DNA from: Reclinomonas americana ATCC 50394
Lineage: Eukaryota
DNA length: 64,000 nt
NCBI GenBank assembly: GCA_048213135.1
Contig: PS015009.1
Coordinates: 310,001-374,000 of the forward strand
Direction of reading: 5' to 3'
Both the position numbers and the translations under genes were made by a program. This document shows positions 28,485 to 38,056 of this stretch, in pieces (the stretch's first letter is position 1; the number at the start of each line of letters is the position of its first letter). The notes beneath the pieces are model-generated. The model worked only from the letters and a program-made list of their open reading frames with translations. It did not search any database and had not been told where the DNA came from.

Positions 28485-28691
28485 ATTGCCGTTAATTATG
28501 ACAGTACCCAGACAATAACAGGGGTATTTATCCCTCAGTGAAGGGTTATTTACCCGTTGTTCAAAAAAACCTTAGTCGATAACTTGCCGCTACCAGTTTC
28601 TTAAGAAACCAACCAGACTAACGACAGCTGCTATCCTGGAAAACCTGCCTTATCCTTTGCACGTTATTTCTTAACCCCAGAACTACCAATT

Positions 28692-30629
28692 ATGAACTGC
28701 TCACTCCCACGGCTTTTCAAAAGCTCCTGCCTGTTATTATTCCTTTGGATGATACCGGCTTCGCTTTTTTCACAGAATTTTACTCCGGTCACCGTAACCG
28801 GCTTTAATCATGATGTGGTTGCGGAGACCGGCACCAGCGCCCTTACCACCACTACCATTGCGCTGGACGGCCCCGCCGCTTCCAACAAGGTTATTTACTC
28901 CACCGCTTTCAAAATTGCCAATAACGTGGAAGGAGGAGGTATTCCCGACAATGGCCTGATCAGCGATGCAACCGGCAACAGTTACCAGCTGACCTCCTAT
29001 TCCGGCAGTAATGCCCTGCTCCTGCAACGTACTCAGGTAGGTGAACTTACGCTGGCAGCCCCGGCGCAGTTCAGCGGTGTACGTGTACTCGCCTTTGCCA
29101 CCGAAGGCGTGGCACTGGTGAACGTGGTACTGGTTTTTGCAGACGGTTCCACCACCAATGCGCTAACCAATTATTCGCTGAACGACTGGTTCAATGCCAC
29201 AACCAACCTGGTCACCTCGGGTTTTGGAAGATGTACCCGCACCACACCCGTGACGGGCTTCGGTGATTATCCGTCGAACCCCAGGATGTATTATATAGAT
29301 ATTCCCCTTTCCTGTGCCGACAGGCAGAAACAATTGCAGAAAGTGCGTTTTACCAATGTGACAACAGCGGGCAATAATGCGCCGTTCCCCAACGCGGTTT
29401 TTATGGCGGTATCGGGCCGGTCATTCACACAAAGTGTAACCCCATCTGTAACCAATGCCACCTGCAACACCACGGGCAGTGTAACCCTTACCGTTAGTGG
29501 TTCTTCCGGTCCGTACAGTATCAGTTGGAATACGCTGCCCCCGCAAACCGGTCCAACTGCCACCGGGCTTGCACCCGGCAACTATACCGCTACCATCACT
29601 GATGCCTCATCGTGCACGTCCACTTACCCGGTAACCATCACGCAGCAAAACAACCTGTCATTAACCATGAGCGAAGGAACCACCATTTGTCCCGGAGCCT
29701 CCGCCAGTCCGAATACAAACAGCAATGCTACGGGTTACAGCTGGACGCCCACAACCGGCGTTAGTAATCCCACCATTGCCAACCCCGTGTTCACACCCGC
29801 GCAAACCACCACATACACACTTACCGCAACGCTGGGTACCTGCACGGTTACCCGCAGTTTTGTGGTAACTGTAGCCGCTTCGCTTATCCTGTCTGCCAGG
29901 GCTGATACCACCATTTGCAACGGCTCTTCCTTCAGTCCGAATATCAGTAATACCGGGCAAACGCAGGGTACCACCTACAGCTGGACACCCACAACAGGGG
30001 TCAGCAATCCGTCGGCATTGAACCCGGTATTGTCGCCAACAACCACCACCACTTACACGCTTACCGCCACCAATGGTCCCTGCAGCGCCACCCGCAGTTT
30101 TAAAGTGAACGTAGCTTCTGTTCCCACCATTAATGCCGGTTTGGACGCCACCATCCTCATCAACAGGCCCAGCGTGCAACTCAACGGTACCGGCTCACCC
30201 GGAACTTACCTGTGGACGCCAGCAACAGGGCTGAGTGCTACCAACATATTGAACCCTGTGGCTTCGCCTGTGCAAACCACCACGTATACGCTGAAAGTAA
30301 CAACAGCCGATGGTTGCACCGCCACAGACGATGTGATCGTAACCGTGATCAGCTCCTGCCTCACCCCCATGGAAGCCTTTACCCCTAACGGAGACGGGTA
30401 TAACGACCTGTGGTATGTAACATCGGGCAATTGCGCCAAACAGGTGAAAGCGCTGGTGTACAACAGGTACGGATCGAAAGTGTTTGAATCGATGGATTAC
30501 CACAACAACTGGGACGGCAGTTACAAAAACAAACCGGTAGCCGACGGCACTTATTATTATGTGATCACGTACTACCTGCAGGATGGTACACAGTACACCG
30601 CCAAAGGCAATGTGACCATACTGAGGTAA
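28692..30629 (+). CDS. T9SS type B cargo (gliding-motility-associated C-terminal domain) with SprB-like and Ig-like repeats
   Basis: Signal peptide; GL.PG.Y..TITDA..C repeat; three Y.WTP.TG.S repeats; CTD AFTPNGDGYND.W...YNRYG...WDG...GTYYY...GNVTILR. Confidence 0.92.
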   Translation: MNCSLPRLFKSSCLLLFLWMIPASLFSQNFTPVTVTGFNHDVVAETGTSALTTTTIALDGPAASNKVIYSTAFKIANNVEGGGIPDNGLISDATGNSYQLTSYSGSNALLLQRTQVGELTLAAPAQFSGVRVLAFATEGVALVNVVLVFADGSTTNALTNYSLNDWFNATTNLVTSGFGRCTRTTPVTGFGDYPSNPRMYYIDIPLSCADRQKQLQKVRFTNVTTAGNNAPFPNAVFMAVSGRSFTQSVTPSVTNATCNTTGSVTLTVSGSSGPYSISWNTLPPQTGPTATGLAPGNYTATITDASSCTSTYPVTITQQNNLSLTMSEGTTICPGASASPNTNSNATGYSWTPTTGVSNPTIANPVFTPAQTTTYTLTATLGTCTVTRSFVVTVAASLILSARADTTICNGSSFSPNISNTGQTQGTTYSWTPTTGVSNPSALNPVLSPTTTTTYTLTATNGPCSATRSFKVNVASVPTINAGLDATILINRPSVQLNGTGSPGTYLWTPATGLSATNILNPVASPVQTTTYTLKVTTADGCTATDDVIVTVISSCLTPMEAFTPNGDGYNDLWYVTSGNCAKQVKALVYNRYGSKVFESMDYHNNWDGSYKNKPVADGTYYYVITYYLQDGTQYTAKGNVTILR

Positions 30630-30659
30630 GGTATTGTTTCACTATTTAAACTGAAAAAA

Positions 30660-31571
30660 ATGAAAACGTTTTCTTTAAAAATATATACCGTTATTCTTTT
30701 CACGGCTGCCTGCGCCGCGGCAAATGCCCAGCAGATCTATAAGATAAGCCAGTATATGGAAAGAAGTTTTATACACAACCCCGCCGCGGCCGGCGCCAAC
30801 AACTGCACCACCATCGGCGCCACTTACCGCACGCAGTGGTCGGGCATCAGCGGTGCGCCCAAGACCGTGCTGGCTTACGGCGACACTTATTTTTCATCGA
30901 TGCATGCCGGCGCCGGCATTGTCGTGTACAGTGACAAGACCGGCCCCACCAGCCGTACCGGGGGCGAACTGAACATTTCGTACAGCATCAAACTGGATGG
31001 TGATGAAAAAAGACTGATGTTCGGCATCGGTGGTGAGATCATACAATATAAAGTGGATAAAGGAAAGATCGCATCTTCCATTCCCGATGATCCTCTGCTG
31101 GCCTCTGGTGGCACCGCTACCAAGGGCGATGCCTCGGCAGGTGTATATTACCGGTCGCCCACATTCAATATCGGTGCGTCGGTTAAACAGCTGATACAAT
31201 CCAAACTCAACTTCATCGCCAACGGCACCAATATCGACGGCAGGCTGTACCGCCAGTATTTCCTGGTAACGAGCTATAATTTGCGTACAGACGAATCGAA
31301 TGTGCTGATTCCTCATTTCGAGCTGCGTTACCAGCCCAATGCCCCTGTTGATTTTGAAGGCGGCGTGCTGCTGCAGCATAAAGACTTTATTCATTTTGGC
31401 GTAAGCGCCCATTACAAACAGAGTTATACCTTATTCCTGGGATTGAAACTGGCGCATAAACTCCTCATTGGTTATGCTTATGACAATTATAAAACACCGG
31501 TAAGCGATTTCGACGATGGACATGGTGCACACGAAATCACCCTGCGTTACTTTTTTACAAAGAAAAAATAA
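30660..31571 (+). CDS. PorP/SprF family T9SS membrane protein
   Basis: SQYM....NPAAAG, YRTQWSGISGAP.T, GYAYD, HEITLRY; directly downstream of a type B cargo. Confidence 0.92.
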   Translation: MKTFSLKIYTVILFTAACAAANAQQIYKISQYMERSFIHNPAAAGANNCTTIGATYRTQWSGISGAPKTVLAYGDTYFSSMHAGAGIVVYSDKTGPTSRTGGELNISYSIKLDGDEKRLMFGIGGEIIQYKVDKGKIASSIPDDPLLASGGTATKGDASAGVYYRSPTFNIGASVKQLIQSKLNFIANGTNIDGRLYRQYFLVTSYNLRTDESNVLIPHFELRYQPNAPVDFEGGVLLQHKDFIHFGVSAHYKQSYTLFLGLKLAHKLLIGYAYDNYKTPVSDFDDGHGAHEITLRYFFTKKK

Positions 31572-31591
31572 GCCTGCATCTGCTTATTTGG

Positions 31592-31618
31592 GGCCGGTAT
31601 ACTGTACCGGCCTTTTTT
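31592..31618 (+). terminator. Intrinsic terminator
   Basis: GGCCGGTA...TACCGGCC followed by T6. Confidence 0.85.
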
Positions 31619-31849
31619 GTGCCCGCAGAACCATGCAGCCGGATTTTTTAACGCATTCTTCACAATTGTATTTTCATCGGTTCAGGACATTTGATCGTAG
31701 ATATTTTGTGCCTGCTGGTCGTGTACAATACCACCCTGCTGTTCTGTTATACAGCTGTACCCTGCTGCCACTTATAAAAAAATGCGGCGGGGTAATGCAA
31801 TCCGGGTTATTTTTACACGAATATTTTCGTATTTCAATAACTGTTTCAT

Positions 31850-34678
31850 ATGAGAAAAACGCTTGCCGTTCTTTTTTTGACTTTCTCCGCACTTATGTCC
31901 AAAGCCCAGGTAAAGGGCGTTGTGGTGGATTCGGCTGATAAAAAGCCAATCGACAAAGCTGTGATCGCCCTGGTGGTAAAAGCCAATCCAACCGATACCG
32001 CGTATTCCTTTACAGATGAAAAAGGACAGTTCCGTTTTGAAATGGTGCCTTCCACCCCGTTTACGGTTATTATTTCCAACCTGGGATTCAGGCCTGTGGC
32101 CAAGTTTGTGAACGTGAGCAAAGCGGAAAAGACCATTGACATAGGTAATGTAATCCTCGCCAGCCAGGGCAAACTGCTCGATGAAGTGGTGGTAACCGCC
32201 GCCCCCATTATAGTAAAAGAAGACACCATTGAATACAATGCCGCCTCTTTTAAAGTAAAGGAAGGCGCCGTGGTGGAAGACCTGCTGAAGAAACTGCCCG
32301 GTGTTACCGTAGATAAAGATGGTAATATAACAGCGCAGGGTAAATCCGTATCGAGGGTAAAAGTGAATGGTAAGGATTTTTTTGGCGGTGATGTAAAGAC
32401 TGCCACCAAAGAACTGCCCGCTAACATTGTTGACAAGATACAGGTGATCGATGATTACGGCGACCAGGCCACTGTTAGCGGTATTAAAGATGGCGACCCC
32501 GATAAAGTGATCAATATCCAGATCAAGAAAGACAAGAATAAAGGCTTCTTTGGCAGGGTGACTGCCGGGGCGGGAACCGAAGGCCGTTACCAGGCTTCTT
32601 TCAATGGTAACTATTTCAACAATAACCGGCAGATATCCGTAGTGGCCAACAGCAACAATACCAACACTTCTCTGTTCAATTTCAGCGGGGGCGGCAACCG
32701 GGGCGCTACCAGCCTGATGCGCAGTGGTATGAGCGTGATGAGCGATATGGGCGGCATGAACCAGATGAGCCAGAATGCCGGCAACTTCAGCGGTGGTAAC
32801 AACAGCGGTATATCCACCAGTACCTCCACCGGCTTTAACTACCGCGACCAGTGGGGCAAAAAAGTAAGCGTGTATGGCAGCTACTCCTACAGCCGCAACA
32901 ACAACGAACAACTGCAATATTCATCTTCGCAGAATTTTTACGACACCAGCAGTTTTGTCAATAACTCGGATCAGAACAACAGGAAGATCAGCAACTCGCA
33001 TCGTTTTACTTTTAACCTCGAATACCAGGTCGACTCTTTCAATTACCTGAAAGTAAGTCCCAGCGTGAACTATACCGGTTCCGATGCCAACAACTACAAT
33101 ATTTTCGACTATACGCAAACGGGTGGTTCCAAAACCAGCGATGGTAGTACCCGCAACATCAACTCATCCGATGCCCCCAACATCAGCGCCAATATCCTGT
33201 ACAACCACCGGTTCAGGAAAAGAGGCAGGAATTTTTCGGCCAGCATCAACCTCGGCACCTCCGAAAGTAATTCCACGCAGGACATTACCAACCTGAATTA
33301 CCGGTATACCGGCCCTTTCCCGGGCCCCAACAATACCTTCCAGTATATTGACCAGGAAAATGATAACCGCAATTATGGTTTCCGTTTTACCTATTCAGAA
33401 CCGTTGTCGAAAAAGAGGAGCCTCGATTTCAGTTATTCGCACAACCACAGTTATGGCCGCAACAACAAGCAGACCTTCAATGTGGATTCCGCCACAAAAG
33501 TGAAAACGCTGAACAATTTCCTGACCAATGACTATGAGAATGATTTTTACAATAACCGCATTGGTATATCCATGCGCACCACCACTAAAAAGTACAACTA
33601 TACACTGGGTGTGAGTGTGCAGCCGGTAGACCTGCAGGGCAATTCTATTACCAAGGACAGTGCCTACAAGCCCATCCGCAGGGCGAATGTATTCCCCATT
33701 GCCCGCCTGGTATATAATTTCAGCCGTACCAAATCGCTCAACTTCAATTATACCGGAGATGCCACGCAGCCCAGTTTCAGCCAGCTGCAACCCGTGCAGG
33801 ACTTCAGCGATCCGCAAAATGCCAAGGCCGGAAACCCCGGACTGAGGCCTTCCGTAACGCATAACCTCAACTTCTCTTACAATAATTTCAACATCATCAG
33901 CGGTAAAGTGCTGTTCTCCAATCTTACCTTCAGCACCACCCGCAACAAGATCGTGTATAACACCATTAACCGTGGCGGCGGCTCACAACTGAGCATCCCT
34001 GAAAATGTGAACGGCTATTACAATGTACTCGGTTTTTACGCCTACTCCCGTCCGTACAAGAACAGGAAATATGTGCTTACACTGAACGGAACGGCCAATT
34101 ACAATCACAACATCAGCCTGATCGACAGCAGCCGCATTATTGGCCGCAACTGGATCGTGAACCAGGGCTTTACCTTTGAATTCAATTACAAAGACTGGCT
34201 GGAACTGGGCGCCGGCATCAGCTACGGACTGAATGACGTGAACTATAAAAAACCGACCGGCAAAAGCATCTCTACGCTGCAAAACTCCTCCAGCAACAAC
34301 TGGACCTTCAGCCACAACATCAATATCAATTTTACCAAAACCCTCGCGCTTAAATACGATATCGACTATACCATCAACAATGGCCTGTCCAGCGCCGTAA
34401 GCCGCAACCTGGTGATCATGAATGCCTCGCTGGAGCAGCAGTTGTTCAAGAAAAGGAACGGCATCATCCGCCTGGCGGCCTATGACCTGTTCAAGCAGAA
34501 CAGCAATATCAGCCGGAGCGTGACCGCCAACCAGATCATCGACAGCCGCACCAACCGGCTTACCCGGTACTTCCTGCTGAGCTTTACCTATCGTTTACAG
34601 CGGTTTGCAGGCCAGTCCACCACCCCGGCGGGCCCCGGCAATATGCGTATGATGGGCGCCCCGCGGATGGGGTTCTAA
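31850..34678 (+). CDS. TonB-dependent-receptor-like outer membrane beta-barrel with N-terminal carboxypeptidase-regulatory-like domain
   Basis: DTIEYNA..F, EDLLKKLPGV.VD.DG, VNGKDFFG.D, GNPGLRP, RYFLLSFTY. Confidence 0.88.
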   Translation: MRKTLAVLFLTFSALMSKAQVKGVVVDSADKKPIDKAVIALVVKANPTDTAYSFTDEKGQFRFEMVPSTPFTVIISNLGFRPVAKFVNVSKAEKTIDIGNVILASQGKLLDEVVVTAAPIIVKEDTIEYNAASFKVKEGAVVEDLLKKLPGVTVDKDGNITAQGKSVSRVKVNGKDFFGGDVKTATKELPANIVDKIQVIDDYGDQATVSGIKDGDPDKVINIQIKKDKNKGFFGRVTAGAGTEGRYQASFNGNYFNNNRQISVVANSNNTNTSLFNFSGGGNRGATSLMRSGMSVMSDMGGMNQMSQNAGNFSGGNNSGISTSTSTGFNYRDQWGKKVSVYGSYSYSRNNNEQLQYSSSQNFYDTSSFVNNSDQNNRKISNSHRFTFNLEYQVDSFNYLKVSPSVNYTGSDANNYNIFDYTQTGGSKTSDGSTRNINSSDAPNISANILYNHRFRKRGRNFSASINLGTSESNSTQDITNLNYRYTGPFPGPNNTFQYIDQENDNRNYGFRFTYSEPLSKKRSLDFSYSHNHSYGRNNKQTFNVDSATKVKTLNNFLTNDYENDFYNNRIGISMRTTTKKYNYTLGVSVQPVDLQGNSITKDSAYKPIRRANVFPIARLVYNFSRTKSLNFNYTGDATQPSFSQLQPVQDFSDPQNAKAGNPGLRPSVTHNLNFSYNNFNIISGKVLFSNLTFSTTRNKIVYNTINRGGGSQLSIPENVNGYYNVLGFYAYSRPYKNRKYVLTLNGTANYNHNISLIDSSRIIGRNWIVNQGFTFEFNYKDWLELGAGISYGLNDVNYKKPTGKSISTLQNSSSNNWTFSHNININFTKTLALKYDIDYTINNGLSSAVSRNLVIMNASLEQQLFKKRNGIIRLAAYDLFKQNSNISRSVTANQIIDSRTNRLTRYFLLSFTYRLQRFAGQSTTPAGPGNMRMMGAPRMGF

Positions 34679-34709
34679 ACTGGGAAAGACGTTAATAAAA
34701 ATAGGGTTC

Positions 34710-34734
34710 AAGGGGTGTTTTACACCCCTTTTTT
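34710..34734 (+). terminator. Intrinsic terminator overlapping the atpG promoter (TACCTTTG at 34737-34744)
   Basis: AAGGGGTGT-ttt-ACACCCCTT followed by a T run. Confidence 0.75.
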
Positions 34735-34796
34735 ATTACCTTTGCCCCCCGAAAAGCCCTTTTGGGATAAAACAAACCTATCAATATTCATATACT

Positions 34797-35678
34797 ATGA
34801 GTGGTGCATTAAAAGAGGTTCGTAACCGGATCAAGAGCGTTCAGGGTACACAACAGATCACCAAGGCCATGAAAATGGTGAGTGCGGCCAAACTGCGCCG
34901 TGCACAGGATGCCATTACACAAATGCGCCCCTACGCCCAGAAACTGCAGGAAATGCTGAGCAATATTGTAAGCAACAGCGAAGGTGGTGTTAATACCCCC
35001 CTGGCAGTGGAAAGGCCCGTGGAAAAAGTGATGGTGATTGTAGTGACCAGCGACAGGGGACTTTGCGGCGGTTACAACAGTAACCTCATTAAACTGACCA
35101 AACAACTCATTAACGAAAAATACGCCGCCCAGAAAGCCAAAGGCAATGTACAGGTACTGCCCATCGGTAAAAAAGGGTACGAGCATTTCACCAAGAATAA
35201 TTTCAAGACCGTAAACCAGTTCTGGGATATTTTCACGGGGCTGAGTTTTGATAAAGTACAGGCAGCCGCCAAATACGCCATGGAAGCCTTCTCTAACAAA
35301 GAGGTAGACGCCGTGGAACTGGTGTACAGCGAATTTAAGAATGCCGCCACCCAGCGTTTTGTAACAGAGCAGTTCCTGCCTGTACAAAAAGTAGAGAAAG
35401 CCGCGGGACAAAAGAATGCCGATTTCATATTTGAACCGGGCAAAGACGTGCTCATTGCCGAGCTGATGCCCAAGATCCTCAATACACAACTTTTTAAGGC
35501 CACGCTTGATGCCAATGCCAGCGAACATGGCGCCCGTATGACTGCCATGGATAAGGCGAGCGACAATGCCAATGAACTGCTGAAACAACTGAAGATCAGT
35601 TACAACAGGGCAAGGCAGGCCGCGATCACGACCGAACTGACCGAGATCGTGAGTGGCGCCGCGGCATTGCAGGGATAA
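34797..35678 (+). CDS. atpG: F1F0 ATP synthase gamma subunit
   Basis: RIKSV..T.QITKAMKMVSAAK, SDRGLCGGYN, SEHGARMTAM, YNRARQAAITTELTEIVSGA. Confidence 0.98.
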   Translation: MSGALKEVRNRIKSVQGTQQITKAMKMVSAAKLRRAQDAITQMRPYAQKLQEMLSNIVSNSEGGVNTPLAVERPVEKVMVIVVTSDRGLCGGYNSNLIKLTKQLINEKYAAQKAKGNVQVLPIGKKGYEHFTKNNFKTVNQFWDIFTGLSFDKVQAAAKYAMEAFSNKEVDAVELVYSEFKNAATQRFVTEQFLPVQKVEKAAGQKNADFIFEPGKDVLIAELMPKILNTQLFKATLDANASEHGARMTAMDKASDNANELLKQLKISYNRARQAAITTELTEIVSGAAALQG

Positions 35679-35714
35679 TACAGGCCCGCAGGTATCAACA
35701 GCTTAACCAACATC

Positions 35715-36530
35715 ATGGAACTTTCAGTTATTATTCCGCATATTGAGGCACTTATTTTTGCCAGTGAGAAACCCCTCTCCGATACAGAGATGGTGGAACT
35801 GGTGAACGGCGCGCTGGGTTTTATTGAAGACCGGGCCACTGTTGAACAGGTGCAGGCAGCCATTGAAGGTGTCCGCGAAAAATACGCCTCTGAATTCTAC
35901 GCTTTTGAACTGCGTGAAATCGGCGGCGGCTGGCAGTTCCTCACCAAAAAAGAATACCACAAAACCGTTGCCCAGCTTAATGGCGATAAATTCCTGAAAC
36001 GGCTGTCTACCGCAGCACTGGAAACCCTCGCCATCATCGCTTATAAACAACCCATTACCAAAAGTGAAGTGGAAGCCATCCGTGGTGTGAACTGCGACTA
36101 TGCTGTTCAGAAGCTGCTGGAAAAAGACCTCGTGATCATATCTGGACGTAACGAAGACGCGGTGGGTAAACCCCTCCTCTATTCTACCTCTAAATCCTTT
36201 ATGGACTATTTCGGCATCAATACTTCTGATGACCTTCCCAAAATATCCGAAGTGCTGATGGAAGAACTGGTACAGGCGACGAATGTAAGGGAACTGGCAG
36301 AAGCAGGTGAAGAAACCGCTGGAGAAGAGATAACAGAAGAAACCAGTCTTGCAGTAAATGCGGAAGGTGAGATAGTGGCGGAGGAGAATACGGTTGTTGA
36401 AGAGACGACAGAAGAAACTGTTGAGGGAATTGATGAAGAGGAGACAGCTCCGGAAAATGAGGAAACTTCTGAAACAAGAGAAGAAAAAGATACAGATGAG
36501 ACGGAGGGTGAAGATGAAGTAAAAGGGTAA
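35715..36530 (+). CDS. scpB: SMC-Scp complex subunit ScpB with acidic tail
   Basis: IEALIF, LSTAALETLAIIAYKQPITK.EVE.IRGV, GKPLLY.T...F...FG. Confidence 0.95.
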   Translation: MELSVIIPHIEALIFASEKPLSDTEMVELVNGALGFIEDRATVEQVQAAIEGVREKYASEFYAFELREIGGGWQFLTKKEYHKTVAQLNGDKFLKRLSTAALETLAIIAYKQPITKSEVEAIRGVNCDYAVQKLLEKDLVIISGRNEDAVGKPLLYSTSKSFMDYFGINTSDDLPKISEVLMEELVQATNVRELAEAGEETAGEEITEETSLAVNAEGEIVAEENTVVEETTEETVEGIDEEETAPENEETSETREEKDTDETEGEDEVKG

Positions 36531-36591
36531 TCCTCCAATGCCATCGATCGTTTTCCTGTTTACGATTAAGCGAGCATTTTACAGACATCTT

Positions 36592-36993
36592 TCATAATTT
36601 CCTGTCCTTGAATTTAGTCCCCCTGATCAGTGTTCCATTCAGGTATTTAATGAAACCGTTAATTTTCTTGCATAAGGAGATACTTTTTTCATGGAGATCT
36701 TCGAATCTTTCCTGGGAAATATATGCCCTGTCTAAACACCTGTACAGTTGCGATCTTAGCTCATCCGCTGATGCTGCCGCAATACTCAAAAACTGTATAA
36801 ATTCCAACCTGCTTCCCCTGCCATAGCCTTCCGCGATATTATCCATGATGGACCCGGAACTCCTGTTTATTTGATCCTTCAGGGCAAAATCCCTTCTTAA
36901 TCCATCTGCCGAGGTCATTACAAATACTTCTTGTGAAAGGATCCTCGCCAGTCGCCATATTTCAAGATCTTCAAACTTATGTATCGTCGCCAT
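36592..36993 (-). CDS. Four-helix-bundle protein (23S rRNA-IVP / bAvd-like family)
   Basis: FEDLEIW, DQINRSSGSIMDNIAEGYGR, EFIQFLSIA..S..E..SQL. Confidence 0.92.
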   Translation of the reverse strand: MATIHKFEDLEIWRLARILSQEVFVMTSADGLRRDFALKDQINRSSGSIMDNIAEGYGRGSRLEFIQFLSIAAASADELRSQLYRCLDRAYISQERFEDLHEKSISLCKKINGFIKYLNGTLIRGTKFKDRKL

Positions 36994-37143
36994 AATGGTA
37001 AATCGTAAACGAATACCAATGTTAACCAGTTACTTTGATCGGCAGTCCGGAAAAACACGTCAATATCCGTTTATCTTCTCGGGCACAATTGTTGTTTTAA
37101 TTCCATAACACACAATTGTAAATCGTAATCATTAATTTTAACT

Positions 37144-38049
37144 ATGCGCCTTACATCTTTTATACTGCTGCTATCCGCCTCAATGGTATATTCCTGTTCT
37201 TCCACCAAAAATAGTACAGGTATGAAATTACCCGCTTTTGATAAAGAAGGGCATCGCGGCTGCCGCGGGCTGATGCCGGAAAATACGATCCCCGCCATGA
37301 TCAAAGCGCTCGACCTGGGCGTGACCACCCTCGAAATGGATGTGGTATTCACGAAAGACAATGTGGCTATTCTTTCCCACGAACCCTTCTTCAACCACGA
37401 GATCAGCTCCCGCCCCGGCGAAAAACCCATCGACACAAAAGAAGAAAAACAACTGAATATTTATACCATGACCTACGCCGAAACACAGGCATTCGATGTA
37501 GGGCTGAAACCGCATGCCCGTTTCCCGGAACAACAAAAAATGGCGGTACATAAACCGTCATTGGAATCGGTGATCGACAGCGTGGAACTATACGCGGCAA
37601 CGAAAAAGATAAGAATGCCTTTTTATAATATTGAGACCAAAACAAAGGCTCTCACGGATAATATCTATCATCCGGCCCCGGAACGTTTTGTGGAGCAATT
37701 GATGCAGGTGATCATCAGTAAACACATCGCGGAGCGGGTCATCATCCAGTCTTTCGACTATCGTACATTGCAATACCTGCACCAGCATTATCCCCAGGTA
37801 AAAACAGCATTGCTCATTGAGGCCGACGATCGCAACAGTTTCCGCAAACAATTGAAAGACCTCGGTTTTACCCCAACCATCTACAGCCCGGAGTACACAC
37901 TCGTGACTGCCGACCTGGTTAAAAACTGCCACGACAGCAAAATGAAGATCATTCCCTGGACAGTAAATGACAAGCAAAAAATAGATGAATTAAAAGCGAT
38001 GAAGGTAGACGGCATCATTACCGATTTCCCCAACCTGTTCGGTAACTGA
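37144..38049 (+). CDS. Glycerophosphodiester phosphodiesterase, lipoprotein
   Basis: Lipobox VYSC; GHRGCRGLMPENT, LEMDV, NIETK, IQSFD, WTVN, DGIITDFP. Confidence 0.93.
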   Translation: MRLTSFILLLSASMVYSCSSTKNSTGMKLPAFDKEGHRGCRGLMPENTIPAMIKALDLGVTTLEMDVVFTKDNVAILSHEPFFNHEISSRPGEKPIDTKEEKQLNIYTMTYAETQAFDVGLKPHARFPEQQKMAVHKPSLESVIDSVELYAATKKIRMPFYNIETKTKALTDNIYHPAPERFVEQLMQVIISKHIAERVIIQSFDYRTLQYLHQHYPQVKTALLIEADDRNSFRKQLKDLGFTPTIYSPEYTLVTADLVKNCHDSKMKIIPWTVNDKQKIDELKAMKVDGIITDFPNLFGN

Positions 38050-38056
38050 TAACCAT

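Noticed and set aside
29670-30350. DNA repeats in the T9SS cargo as a CRISPR array or DGR template/variable pair
   Set aside because: In-frame protein domain repeats with mostly synonymous divergence; no adenine-specific pattern, reverse transcriptase or cas genes.
31772-32917. 381-aa antisense ORF
   Set aside because: Antisense shadow of the outer-membrane barrel gene; no motifs.
36592-36993. Four-helix-bundle gene as part of a DGR or an rRNA intervening sequence
   Set aside because: No reverse transcriptase, TR/VR pair or rRNA sequence in the window.
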